Of a stretch of DNA of 64,000 nt, positions 1-9,327 are shown one piece after another. The notes under the pieces are model-generated. The model worked only from the letters and a program-made list of their open reading frames with translations, ran no database searches and had not been told where the DNA came from. Within the stretch, counting starts at the first letter, position 1, and the number at the start of each line of letters is the position of its first letter. The position numbers and the translations under genes are program-made. The stretch spans positions 282-64,281 of the forward strand of contig JALSJE010000067.1 of NCBI GenBank assembly GCA_026989495.1, in the 5' to 3' direction. The stretch is from Gammaproteobacteria bacterium (lineage in GTDB: Bacteria; Pseudomonadota; Gammaproteobacteria; S144-34).

Positions 1-848
1 CCGGATGCGCCGGCGCGCGCCCCATTCCGGGCCACCCCGTCCGGCGGGGGAACGTCGGCGCGCTCCACCTGGACGTCCGCGGCGCCGGCCCGCGGCCCGG
101 GGCCCCGCCCGGGCGCGGGCGGGACCGGCCCCGCGACGGCCTCCCCTGCGGCGGCCCCGGCGGGGGGCGCCTCGGCGGCAGGCCGCGCGCCGGCATGCGG
201 CGCCGGACGCTGCGTTCCCTGCCACCACAGCGCGGCGGCGCCGGCGAGCAGGGCCGCGAGGACGATGGATGCGAGCACGGCCAGGCGGGCCGTGGGCCTC
301 AGGCGCCGCGGGCCCGCCGCCCGCCGCGGAGCAGGCGCCGTGGAAGCGGGCGGCGGCGCGAGGTCGGCCCGCCGGCAACGGAAGCGCAGCCGCACCTCGC
401 CGAGCGTGATCTCGTCGCCGTCGGCAAGGAGCGTCCGCGGCACGCGCTGGCCGTTGACCCGCACCCCGTTGAGGCTGCCGAGATCCTCGATGGCGAAGCC
501 GCCGCCCACCCGCTCGATGCGGGCATGGCGGCGGGAGACGCTGCGGTCGCGCTCGCGCCAGTGGCAGCCCTCGCCCCGGCCCAGGAGGAAAGGCTCCGAC
601 CCTTCCAGGTCGAGGCGCCGCCCGTCGGGCGCCTCGAGCCAGGCCGCGAGACCGGGCACCTCGCCCGGCGTGAGGAGCCGCGTCGGCTCGCCCGCGAGCG
701 GGGCGGACAGGGCCTCGGCCGCTTCCCGACCGGCGGCCTGGCCCAGCGCCACCGAGGCGGCGCCCAGGGGCGGCGTGGCCGCGCCCGCGGCCGGCGCCCC
801 GGCGGCATGCGGCGGCGGCGGGAGCGCGTCCTGCATCCGCGCGGCCAT
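1..848 (-). CDS. FHA-domain membrane protein of the Tad locus (runs off the left window edge)
   Basis: Missing from the ORF track because there is no stop in the window. Manual translation from ATG 848, which overlaps the TGA of the upstream gene, gives FLLGRGEGCHW..DRSVSRRHARI..IEDLGSLNGVRVNG (FHA GR, SxxH and NG motifs), then a TM helix LAVLASIVLAALLAGAAALWW and a Pro/Ala-rich region. Confidence 0.85.
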   Translation of the reverse strand, partial: MAARMQDALPPPPHAAGAPAAGAATPPLGAASVALGQAAGREAAEALSAPLAGEPTRLLTPGEVPGLAAWLEAPDGRRLDLEGSEPFLLGRGEGCHWRERDRSVSRRHARIERVGGGFAIEDLGSLNGVRVNGQRVPRTLLADGDEITLGEVRLRFRCRRADLAPPPASTAPAPRRAAGPRRLRPTARLAVLASIVLAALLAGAAALWWQGTQRPAPHAGARPAAEAPPAGAAAGEAVAGPVPPAPGRGPGPRAGAADVQVERADVPPPDGVARNGARAGAS

Positions 849-1294
849 CAGGCCTCCTCCTCGGCAGGGGTCCTGGCATGGCCGGGCGCGTCGCCGCCCG
901 GCTGGAGCCAGCGGCGCAGCGTGCTGGCGACGCGGGCGTCGGGAGGCTCGGCGAGCCGCAGGAGCTCGCCCACCCGCAGCCCGGCCTGGTCGGCCCCGCC
1001 CGCCGGCAGCTCGAGGACGCAGCAGGCGCTTCGCGGCCCCGGCACCAGCCGGAAGGGCGGCACGTCGCGGCGGATCGCCCGCACCCGCAGGTGGCGGTCG
1101 AGGTGCACCACGTCGATGCGGTAGCGCATGCCGAAGGTGTGGACGCCGCGGCAGGGCCTGAGCAGCAGCCCCTCCCCCGCCTGCAGGCGCGGGGCGAGCA
1201 GCAGCCCCAGAAGGCGGGCGAGGAAGCGCTCGGCGAGCCGCACGCGGGGAACCCGCACGACCTCGCGCTCGTCCACGAGCTGCAGGATGCGCAT
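848..1294 (-). CDS. DUF192 family protein
   Basis: RLLGLL..GLLLRPCRGVHTFGMRYRIDVVHLD and VLELPAG motifs; this family is often found in Tad loci. Confidence 0.85.
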   Translation of the reverse strand: MRILQLVDEREVVRVPRVRLAERFLARLLGLLLAPRLQAGEGLLLRPCRGVHTFGMRYRIDVVHLDRHLRVRAIRRDVPPFRLVPGPRSACCVLELPAGGADQAGLRVGELLRLAEPPDARVASTLRRWLQPGGDAPGHARTPAEEEA

Positions 1295-1297
1295 GCT

Positions 1298-2218
1298 TCA
1301 GCCTCCTCCCAGCAGGGCGGCGAGGAGCCCGCTGCGTGCGAGCGCCCGCACCGCCGGCAGCATCAGGATCACGAAGGTGACCGGCATGAAGAAGCCGATC
1401 AGGGGCGCGAGCATCTTGACCGGCGCCCGCGCGGCGAGCTTCTCGGCGCGGAGGAAGCGCTCGGCGCGCTGCTGCTCGGCCTGCAGCACCAGGGCGCGGG
1501 CCATCTCGCCGCCGGTCTCCTCGGCCTGGAGCACCGCGCCCACGAAGCCCGCGACCGCGGGCACGTCCACGCGGCGCTCGAGCCGCTGCAGCGCCTCGCG
1601 CAGCACCATGCCCGCGCGCAGCTCGCGCAGCACGCGCCGCATCTCCTCGCGCACGGGCCCCTCGGGCAGGTGCGCGACGGCGCGCGCGAGCGCGCTCTGG
1701 AGGCTGAGGCCGGCGCGCATGGCGAGTGCGACCAGGTCGAGGAAGAAGGGGAAGTCCTTCTCGAAGCGGGCGCGGCGGCGCTGGATGCGGTCGCGCAGCC
1801 AGATGTCGGGGTAGAAGAAGCCCAGCGGCACGGCGAGCCAGGCGAGCGCGTAGACCGGCGCGCCCATGCCGAGGTGGACGAGGGCGGCGAGCGCGGCGGC
1901 GACGGCGGCGGTGAGCCGGCGCAGGGCGACCAGCTCCTCGGGGCGCAGGGCGTAGTCGAGGCCGGCGGCCTGCAGGCGCGCCTCGACGGCCTCGAGGCGG
2001 TCGCGGTCGGCGCGGGCGGCGACCGCCGGGGCCAGCCCACGCACCAGGGGCGCGAAGAGGCGGAAGAGCAGCGGCGGCGGCTCGCGCCAGGCCTCGGCCT
2101 CGGGGTCGGCGCGGCGGGGCCGGGGCACGAGCCGCGGCAGGGCGAGCGCGAGGCAGCCCGCGGAGAGGCCGGCGAGCAGCATCAGGGGCACGGGCGATGC
2201 GGCGAGGGGCTCAGACAT
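1298..2218 (-). CDS. tadC: Tad pilus inner-membrane platform protein TadC (T2SS F family)
   Basis: FPFFLDLVALAMRAGLSL..QAEETGG..RAEKLAARAPVKMLAPL; lies after tadB. Confidence 0.9.
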   Translation of the reverse strand: MSEPLAASPVPLMLLAGLSAGCLALALPRLVPRPRRADPEAEAWREPPPLLFRLFAPLVRGLAPAVAARADRDRLEAVEARLQAAGLDYALRPEELVALRRLTAAVAAALAALVHLGMGAPVYALAWLAVPLGFFYPDIWLRDRIQRRRARFEKDFPFFLDLVALAMRAGLSLQSALARAVAHLPEGPVREEMRRVLRELRAGMVLREALQRLERRVDVPAVAGFVGAVLQAEETGGEMARALVLQAEQQRAERFLRAEKLAARAPVKMLAPLIGFFMPVTFVILMLPAVRALARSGLLAALLGGG

Positions 2219-3077
2219 CGATGCGCACGATCCTCCGAAGCATGAGCGCCCCGGCCACGTACATGAGCGCCAGCACGACCAGCACGGCCAGGCCGATGCG
2301 GGTGGTGTAGAGGACGGCCACGTCCTCGGGGCGGGTGAGGTGGAACCAGGCGGCGATGGCGAAGGGGAGCCCCGCCACCAGCCAGCCCTGCATGCGCCCC
2401 ATGGCGGTGAGCGCGTCGATCTTGCCCTCCAGGCGGGCGGTTTCGCGCAGGGTCTCGGCGAGGGCGTCGAGCGTGTCGGCGAGGTTGCCGCCCACGGCGC
2501 GGGCGATGCCGATCGCGGCGTTCATGAGGTCGATCTCGCGTCGCCCGAGCCGGCGCGCCATGGCCTCGAGCGCCTCCTCGAGGGGGCGGCCCAGGCGGTA
2601 CTCGGCCAGCACGAGGGCGATCTCCTGGGAGAGCGGCGCGGGGTGGCGCGCCGCGATCTGCTCGAGGCCGCGCAGGACGTTGCTGCCGCCGCGCAGGCTC
2701 CCGGCCAGCGCCGTGAGCGCGTCCGGTAGCTGGCGCACGATGCGGCGCGCCCGCCGCGCGCGCAGGCGGGCCACCACGAGGCGCGGCGCCACCAGCGCGG
2801 CGACGGCGGCCGCGAGCCCGGCCGCGGGTCCGGCCGCCCAGGCGGCGAGCGCCCCGAGGGCGAGCGCGGCGGCGGCGGTGAGCGCGAGCAGCAGGCGCGG
2901 GTCGAGATAGACGAAGGCCTCGCGCAGACCGCCCACCACCTGGCGGCGGAAGGCGGCCGAGTAGAGCGCGCCGCCGCGCAGGAGGAAGCGCGCCGCGGCC
3001 GCGAAGCCGAGCGCGCCGGCGAGCCCGCTCGCGAGCAGCAGCAGGGGGACGGCGCCCCCTTCCGCCACGCCGCTCAC
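2211..3077 (-). CDS. tadB: Tad pilus inner-membrane platform protein TadB
   Basis: QLPDALTALAGSLRGG..GGNLADTLD..KIDALTAMGRMQ; follows cpaF. Confidence 0.9.
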   Translation of the reverse strand: MSGVAEGGAVPLLLLASGLAGALGFAAAARFLLRGGALYSAAFRRQVVGGLREAFVYLDPRLLLALTAAAALALGALAAWAAGPAAGLAAAVAALVAPRLVVARLRARRARRIVRQLPDALTALAGSLRGGSNVLRGLEQIAARHPAPLSQEIALVLAEYRLGRPLEEALEAMARRLGRREIDLMNAAIGIARAVGGNLADTLDALAETLRETARLEGKIDALTAMGRMQGWLVAGLPFAIAAWFHLTRPEDVAVLYTTRIGLAVLVVLALMYVAGALMLRRIVRIDV

Positions 3078-4717
3078 GCCGCGCCCTCCTCCGCCGCCTC
3101 GCCCGGCTCACGGAAGATGGAAAGGTCGAGCGCATGGCCGGCCGCGCGCGCCTCCTCGTAGAAGCGCGGGATGTGGCCGCAGGGGCGGAAGCGCCCCAGC
3201 ACCTCGCCGTTCGGCCCCACGCCCGTGCGCCGGAACTCGAAGATGTCCTGCAGCAGGATCACGTCGCCCTCCATGCCGTCCACCTCGACGATGCGGGTGA
3301 TGCGCCGGCGCCCGTCCTTGAAGCGCGCCTGGTGGATGATCACGTCGATGGCGGAGGCGATCTGCTCGCGCACGGCCCGGTGCGGCAGCTCCATGCCGGC
3401 CATCATGACCATCACCTCGAGGCGCGCGAGGAAGTCGCGCGGGGAGTTGGCGTGGCCGGTGGTGAGCGAGCCGTCGTGGCCGGTGTTCATGGCCTGGAGC
3501 ATGTCGAGCGCCTCGCCGCCGCGGCACTCGCCCACCACGATGCGGTCGGGGCGCATGCGCAGCGCGTTGCGGACGAGGTCGCGGATGGTCACCCGCCCCT
3601 GCCCCTCCGCGTTGGGGGGGCGGGCCTCGAGGGAGACGACGTGGGACTGGTGCAGGCGCAGCTCGGCCGCATCCTCGATGGTGACGATACGCTCGTCCTC
3701 GGGGATGAAGTTGGAGAGCACGTTGAGGGTGGTGGTCTTGCCCGAGCCCGTGCCGCCGGAGACGGCGATGTTGCGCCGCAGCCGCACGCAGACCTCGAGG
3801 AAGCGCGCCATGGCGGGGCTGAGGGTGCCGTTGGCGACGAGGTCCTCGACGCCGAGGAGGCTGCGGCGGAAGCGGCGGATGGTCAGCACCGGGCCGCACA
3901 GGGCCAGCGGCGGGATGATGGCGTTGACGCGCGAGCCGTCGGGCAGGCGCGCGTCCACCATGGGCTGGGCCTCGTCGATGCGCCGGCCGAGCGGCGCGAC
4001 GATGCGGTCGATGACGGCGCGCAGCGCCTCCTCGCCGCTGAAGCGCAGGCCCGTGGGCTCGATGCGGCCGCGACGCTCCACGTAGATGGCGCCCGGGCCG
4101 TTGACCATGATCTCGGTGACCTCGGGGTCGGCCATGAGCGGCTCGAGGGGGCCCAGCCCCACGGCCTCGGCCACCACCTCGGCCACCACACGCTCGCGCG
4201 CCGGTCCGGCGGCCAGCGCGGGCTCGATCTCGGGGAGGATGCGCTCGGCGGCCGCGCGCGCCTCGGCGCGCAGCGCCTCGGGCCGCATGCCCTCGAGCAC
4301 GGCGCGTCGGCGCAGGTCGAGCTCCTCGACCAGCCGCGCGCGCAGGCGCCGCTTGATCGCGTCGTCCGGATGGCCCTGTCCGCCGGGACGCGGGCCGGTG
4401 CCCGCGGCCGGCGCGCGGGGCTCGGGACGCAGGCGCAGCGCGAGCCGGCCGGCGCGCAGCTCGGCCTCGCCCGCGAGGCGCCGCGCGCCGGCGAGGCGCT
4501 CGCCGTCGAGCCAGGTGCCGTTGGTGCTGCCGAGGTCCTCCACCAGCACGCCGCCGTCCTCGCCGGAGGCGACCTCCAGCGCCAGATGGCGGCGCGAGAC
4601 GTGGGGGTCGCTCAGCACCACGTCGCAGTCGGGCGCCTTGCCGAGCACGTGGCGGCCGGGTCCGAGCCGGTGGGTGACCAGGCCGCCCTCGGGGTCGCGA
4701 ATCTCCAGCGCGAGCAT
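3074..4717 (-). CDS. cpaF: CpaF/TadA pilus assembly ATPase with N-terminal FHA domain
   Basis: N-terminal LGKAPDCDVVL..VSRRH..DLGSTNGT (FHA). Walker A GGTGSGKTT, LRMRPDRIVVGECRGGEA, AMNTGHDGSLTTGHAN. Confidence 0.95.
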   Translation of the reverse strand: MLALEIRDPEGGLVTHRLGPGRHVLGKAPDCDVVLSDPHVSRRHLALEVASGEDGGVLVEDLGSTNGTWLDGERLAGARRLAGEAELRAGRLALRLRPEPRAPAAGTGPRPGGQGHPDDAIKRRLRARLVEELDLRRRAVLEGMRPEALRAEARAAAERILPEIEPALAAGPARERVVAEVVAEAVGLGPLEPLMADPEVTEIMVNGPGAIYVERRGRIEPTGLRFSGEEALRAVIDRIVAPLGRRIDEAQPMVDARLPDGSRVNAIIPPLALCGPVLTIRRFRRSLLGVEDLVANGTLSPAMARFLEVCVRLRRNIAVSGGTGSGKTTTLNVLSNFIPEDERIVTIEDAAELRLHQSHVVSLEARPPNAEGQGRVTIRDLVRNALRMRPDRIVVGECRGGEALDMLQAMNTGHDGSLTTGHANSPRDFLARLEVMVMMAGMELPHRAVREQIASAIDVIIHQARFKDGRRRITRIVEVDGMEGDVILLQDIFEFRRTGVGPNGEVLGRFRPCGHIPRFYEEARAAGHALDLSIFREPGEAAEEGAA

Positions 4718-4727
4718 CGGCCCTCCC

Positions 4728-6086
4728 TCAGTCCATCAGCCGGAAGCGCACCGCCTGCAGCCCCGCCCGGTCGAGCTCGCGGTAGCGGCGGATGCCCTCG
4801 CGGTTGTGCGCGCTGCGGGCGTCGACGATGCGCGGCGTGAGCAGCACGAGCAGCTCGGTCTCGTCGTCGCGGAACCTGCGCGACTTGAACAGCTCGCCGA
4901 GGACCGGCAGGTGCCCCAGCCCCGGGAGCTTGGTCACCGCCTTGCTGCGGCTGTTCCTGAGCAGACCGGAGATCACGAGCGTCTGGCCACGGCCCAGGTT
5001 GACCTCGGTGGTCGTGCGCCGTGTGAGGAAGGCCGGGAAGTCGCCCTTGGTGTTCTGCTCGTCGATGTCGCTCACTTCCACAGTGAGCTGGGTGGCGACG
5101 TAGCCGGCTGGATCGACGTCCGGCTCCACGATGAGCCGGATGCCATACTGCTTGTAGACCACGTCCTGCAGCCCCAGCCCCGTGGTCACGACGATCGGCA
5201 CCTCGCCGCCGGCAAGGAACTCGGCCTTGCCGCCGCTGCGGCAGACGAGCCGCGGGTTGGCGAGCTGACGGGCGTAGCCATGGGTCTCGAGCAGGCGCAG
5301 CCGGCTCTCGATGAGCGAATCCCAGCCGAAGAACGACTTCGTCGTCTCGTAGCCGAGCGGCGCGGTCACGCCGAAGGCGCCACCGGGAGGCGGGCGGAAG
5401 GCGGCGTTGCCCTGGAAGGTGCCGATGATGCCGAAACGCGGCCCGGCGTAGTCGCCAGCTACCCGGGCGCCGTTCCGCAGCCACTCGATACCGATCGTGC
5501 GCGACAGGTTGCGGCTGACCTCGAGCACCCGGGCGTCGAACTCGACCATGGCGCGCAGCGGGACGCGCGGCGGGGCGACCTCGTTCACCACCGTGCCCGC
5601 GTGCTCGCGCGCCAGCGTCTCGATGCGCGCGTGGTCCTCCTCGCGCAGGGCCGCGCCCTCGAGGATCACCTTGCCGCCGGCCACGCGCGCGCGCACGCCC
5701 TCGATGTCGCCGATGCGCGCGCGCACCTCCTCCAGCACGGCCTCCGGCGCGGGCGGCGTGACCTCGACGAGGTAGGCCGCCCGCTCCCTGCCCCGCACCC
5801 ACACGCGCAGGTCCGTGAGGCCGGGCTTGCGGCCGATGAGGAGCACCTGGCCGGCGTCCTCGAGCACCTTGACGTCCAGCACGTGCCCGTCGCCCACGGC
5901 CACGCGGTCCACGCCGGGGTGGCGGAGCAGGCGCGTCTGCCCGGCGGGCAGGGCGATGCGGCCGGCATAGCGCGGCTGCGCCTGGCCGGGCGGCGCCGCG
6001 GCCGCGGCGGGCGGCGCGGCGGCCCGGACCGGCATGGCCAGCGCCGCGGCGAGCAGGCAGGCGGCCAGCGGGGCCGGGGCGCGCAT
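4728..6086 (-). CDS. cpaC: CpaC/RcpA secretin
   Basis: Signal peptide, AEFLAGGEVP, KLPGLGHLPVLGELFKS..ETELLVLLTPRIV secretin motif. Confidence 0.93.
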   Translation of the reverse strand: MRAPAPLAACLLAAALAMPVRAAAPPAAAAAPPGQAQPRYAGRIALPAGQTRLLRHPGVDRVAVGDGHVLDVKVLEDAGQVLLIGRKPGLTDLRVWVRGRERAAYLVEVTPPAPEAVLEEVRARIGDIEGVRARVAGGKVILEGAALREEDHARIETLAREHAGTVVNEVAPPRVPLRAMVEFDARVLEVSRNLSRTIGIEWLRNGARVAGDYAGPRFGIIGTFQGNAAFRPPPGGAFGVTAPLGYETTKSFFGWDSLIESRLRLLETHGYARQLANPRLVCRSGGKAEFLAGGEVPIVVTTGLGLQDVVYKQYGIRLIVEPDVDPAGYVATQLTVEVSDIDEQNTKGDFPAFLTRRTTTEVNLGRGQTLVISGLLRNSRSKAVTKLPGLGHLPVLGELFKSRRFRDDETELLVLLTPRIVDARSAHNREGIRRYRELDRAGLQAVRFRLMD

Positions 6087-6859
6087 CAGTCCATCCCTCC
6101 GCGAATGATCTCGACCTCCCCGCGGGCACGCACACGCGCGCGGCCGCCGAGCAGGGTCTCGCGCGTGACGGCGCCGAGGCGCAGCGGCGCGTCGTCGGCC
6201 GGGGCGCGCAGCATGGCCGTGAGCTTGCCGATCTCGCGCGCGTGCACGATGCGGGCGGCCTCCTCGGGGGTGACCAGCACGGTGATGGTGCGGTAGCCCT
6301 CGGGCTGCGCGTGGCCGTCGCCGGTGTCGGCGCCCGTGGCCGCCACCTGGACGTCGCGCAGCAGGGGCAGGGTGACGGGGCGGTCGCCGTCCTGGAGGGT
6401 GACGAGGAGGTCGATGCGGTCGCCGGGGCCGAGGAGCCCGGAGAAGGACGAGGTCTCGTCCACGGGGATCGTGAGCGCGCGCCGCCCCTCGCGCACCCGC
6501 GCCGAGAAGCCGCTGGCGCGGCTGCGCGAGAGATGGGCGTGCAGCACGGTCTCGCCGCGCCGGAGCGGAAACAGCAGGCGCCGGCCCTCGACCTCGGCGA
6601 AGGCCTCGGGGCGCATGGCGTCGTGGTGCACGAAGGTGGCGGGCACCTCGCGCACGGCGACGTTGCCCACGCCGAGCGGCGTGCCGGCGGGCAGGTCTTC
6701 GTTGGCCACGAGCACACGCACGGGCCGGCGCCCGGCGTCGAGGCGGGCGCGGTAGGCCTCGATCTCGCCGGCGACATAGCGCTCGGCGAGGAAGGCGGCC
6801 GCCGTGCCCGAGACCAGGGCGCCCGCCACGAGCAGGAGCGTGATGCGGCTCGTCCTCAT
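6086..6859 (-). CDS. cpaB: Flp pilus assembly protein CpaB/RcpC
   Basis: N-terminal TM, SAF domain, GRRALTIPVD..SGLLGPGDRIDL..VTPEEA. Confidence 0.92.
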   Translation of the reverse strand: MRTSRITLLLVAGALVSGTAAAFLAERYVAGEIEAYRARLDAGRRPVRVLVANEDLPAGTPLGVGNVAVREVPATFVHHDAMRPEAFAEVEGRRLLFPLRRGETVLHAHLSRSRASGFSARVREGRRALTIPVDETSSFSGLLGPGDRIDLLVTLQDGDRPVTLPLLRDVQVAATGADTGDGHAQPEGYRTITVLVTPEEAARIVHAREIGKLTAMLRAPADDAPLRLGAVTRETLLGGRARVRARGEVEIIRGGMD

Positions 6860-6880
6860 CCTCGTCCTTCTCCCTCCACC

Positions 6881-7054
6881 TCAGGGCCTGGCGAGCAGCG
6901 TGAGGAAGCGGCCGAGGTGGCCGCCGAGCGCGTCCACCACGGCCGCGCCCGCCGCGACGGCACCGACGAGCGCGGCGGTCGCGACCAGGTAATGCGCCAG
7001 CGCCGCGCCCCGCGGGCGCGGGCGGCTGCGTGAGCGGTCCGTCTTCGCGTCCAT
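6881..7054 (-). CDS. small Flp-like minor pilin
   Basis: MDAKTDRSRSRPRPRG|AALAHYLVATAALVG: basic leader, Gly, then a hydrophobic helix. GGAGG RBS upstream; lies within the operon. Confidence 0.6.
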   Translation of the reverse strand: MDAKTDRSRSRPRPRGAALAHYLVATAALVGAVAAGAAVVDALGGHLGRFLTLLARP

Positions 7055-7067
7055 GGCGTCCTCCCCC

Positions 7068-7775
7068 TCATCGCACGACATGGATCAGCGCGAGGCTCCC
7101 CCGCCGGTGCGGTGCGACGCTGACCTGGCAGAGGCTGCGGCCCCGCTGGAAGGCCTGCTGCACGGCGCCGCGCGCGCGCGCGAGCGAATGCGGCTGCACG
7201 GTCCAGCCCGCCCCGGCCAGCCGCGCGCGGATGCGCTCCAGGGTTGCCTCGGCCCCGTAGGGGCTCTGCAGGGTGAGCGACCAGGCCCGGCGCGGGCCGT
7301 CGAGGCTGTCGAGCCGGTGCAGCACGCGCAGGCCCGCCGGCAGCGGGATGCCGGGCGTCCGCCGGGGCCGCACCGCGTCCGGCCGCAGGCTGATCGTGAG
7401 CACGCCCTCGGCGCCGCGCGCGGTGTCGCGCACGCGCACCGTGCGGTAGTGGCGCCCGTCGCGGTGGCCGATCACGCGCCACGGGCCCTGCCGCTGGCGC
7501 ACGACCTCGCCGCGGCCCAGGCGCGACCAGAGGCGCTCGTACCAGGCGAGCACCGCCTGGGCCGGGGCGTCGGTGCGGAACAGGCGCGCGCTCATGGGCA
7601 GCCCGTTCCAGGCCATGCGCTCGGCGATCCAGCGCGTCTCCATGCCGGGCATGACGCGCATCACCGGCAGCTCGACGGCGAGCGGGTCCTCGAGGGCGGG
7701 CGCGGCCCGAGCGGCGAGCGCCGCCAGCGCGAGCGCGAGGAGAAGGGATCCGCGAGGCCGGCGCGCGGGGCTCAT
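7068..7775 (-). CDS. secreted Tad-locus hypothetical protein
   Basis: Real start at ATG 7775 (overlaps the upstream stop); signal peptide MSPARRPRGSLLLALALAALAARA; this is the C-terminal part of track ORF 7068..8552. Confidence 0.75.
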   Translation of the reverse strand: MSPARRPRGSLLLALALAALAARAAPALEDPLAVELPVMRVMPGMETRWIAERMAWNGLPMSARLFRTDAPAQAVLAWYERLWSRLGRGEVVRQRQGPWRVIGHRDGRHYRTVRVRDTARGAEGVLTISLRPDAVRPRRTPGIPLPAGLRVLHRLDSLDGPRRAWSLTLQSPYGAEATLERIRARLAGAGWTVQPHSLARARGAVQQAFQRGRSLCQVSVAPHRRGSLALIHVVR

Positions 7776-8563
7776 TCCGTCACCTCGTAGCCTTCGGGCA
7801 GCGCCTGCGCCGGCACGGCCGGCTCGAGCGGCAGGGCGTCCCTCCCTTCCTTGTAGAGCGGGAAGGCGGCGATGACCTTCGCCGGCTTGACGAGCGTCTC
7901 GATCCGCTTCGCCAGCGTCGCCCGGCCCACGCGCCGGCGGAAGGCGGCCTCGCGCGCCGCCGACCAGGCGTCGCCCGCGACCGCGGCCCCCGCCTCGAGC
8001 GTGGCCCCGCCGAAGTCCGGCAGCTCCGGATGGGCCCGCAGGCCCACGCGCAGGCGCGATCCGGCGCGGCCCCGGGCGCCGAGCCCGAGCGGGCGGACGG
8101 GGAAAGGAACGCCGCCCCCGCGGGCGACGGCGTCCACCATCTTCCCCGCGAGGCCGCCGCCGCGAAGGCGCGTCTCGTCCAGGTCCTGCGCGGCGCGCGC
8201 GCCGGGGCTGCCCGCCACCACGTCGCGGCCTGCATGATCCAGCCACACGGGGCTCGCGGTCGGGCCCGCCGTGAGCGGCGCCGACGGATGGCCGAGGACG
8301 GCGGTCTCGACCAGGCGCCGGATCTCGCCGTCGCCGCGCACCGCCGGCCCCTCCCCGAGGCTCCAGTCGGAGGCCCGCTCGGCCCACACCGTCCGTTCCC
8401 ACGCGACGGCGCGCGCGGCCTCGATCGTCTTGTGCTCGGCGTCGAGCCAGGCGCCCAGGAGCGGGACGAGAATCAGGAGCAGCACGAAGAGCCCGCCGGC
8501 CGCCACCAGCTCGGCCAGCGCCTGGCCCGCGCAGCCGCGCCGTCCCCGCCATGCGCCGCTCAC
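7772..8563 (-). CDS. TadE-like pseudopilin
   Basis: GTG start coupled to the upstream stop; AG|QALAELVAAGGLFVLLL..EAARAVAWERTVW. Confidence 0.8.
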   Translation of the reverse strand: MSGAWRGRRGCAGQALAELVAAGGLFVLLLILVPLLGAWLDAEHKTIEAARAVAWERTVWAERASDWSLGEGPAVRGDGEIRRLVETAVLGHPSAPLTAGPTASPVWLDHAGRDVVAGSPGARAAQDLDETRLRGGGLAGKMVDAVARGGGVPFPVRPLGLGARGRAGSRLRVGLRAHPELPDFGGATLEAGAAVAGDAWSAAREAAFRRRVGRATLAKRIETLVKPAKVIAAFPLYKEGRDALPLEPAVPAQALPEGYEVTE

Positions 8564-9327
8564 GGGCCGGCCCTCCCCTTGCGGGCGTCCACGGGCTTCG
8601 CGCCGGGCGGCGGCCGCATCCCCTTCGTGTCCACGCAGGCGCCCTCCTCCACGCGCTCGGCGCGCATCTCGTAGGGCCTGTGCGAGGTGGCGCCGGCTCC
8701 CACCTGCTCGATGCGCATGACCAGCGCGACCTGCTGACCGCCCAGCTCGGTCATGCACATCCGGTGGCGCAGGCTGTATGATGCGTCTCCTGTGCTGCCG
8801 GCGAACCACCGGCACGGACGCCCCGCCACCGTGGACACATGCCCGGTCTCTTCGCTATCGAACATCCGGGACGGATCGAGGCCCATCGCGCCGATGGCGG
8901 CGAGCAGCTCCGGCGAGGCCGGGGGATAGCGCTTGACTTCCCCGCTCGCCCCGTAGAAGGCGACGCGCGAGCCGTCGGGCATCCGCCATTCCGTGTAGGA
9001 CTGGGACACGAGCCGCACCTTGGGCCACATCGTGAAGCCCGAGCCCATCCATTCGATCCTGGTCGTGAGCGCCTCGAGACGCAGACGCTCGCGGCCCTCC
9101 ATGAGGACGAGCTCCTGGGTGGCCGGGGTGGACTCGAGGGTCTTGAGGAGCTTCCGGTCCTTGAAGAGGAACGCCAGGAGGGTCTCCGTGGGGCTGAAGA
9201 GCACCGGCTGGGTGCCCGTGTAGGTCACGCGGACCGCCGTGCAGCGCACCTCGGCCCGCGCGGGCGCGAGGGCGGCCGCGGCGAGGGCCGCGAAGGCCAG
9301 GAGCAATACCCTGCGGGCCGCGCTCAT
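8560..9327 (-). CDS. secreted protein, DUF4412-like
   Basis: ATG 9327 coupled to the tadG stop; Sec signal ending ARA|E; TVAGRPC motif typical of DUF4412/GLPGLI-like proteins. Confidence 0.65.
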   Translation of the reverse strand: MSAARRVLLLAFAALAAAALAPARAEVRCTAVRVTYTGTQPVLFSPTETLLAFLFKDRKLLKTLESTPATQELVLMEGRERLRLEALTTRIEWMGSGFTMWPKVRLVSQSYTEWRMPDGSRVAFYGASGEVKRYPPASPELLAAIGAMGLDPSRMFDSEETGHVSTVAGRPCRWFAGSTGDASYSLRHRMCMTELGGQQVALVMRIEQVGAGATSHRPYEMRAERVEEGACVDTKGMRPPPGAKPVDARKGRAGP

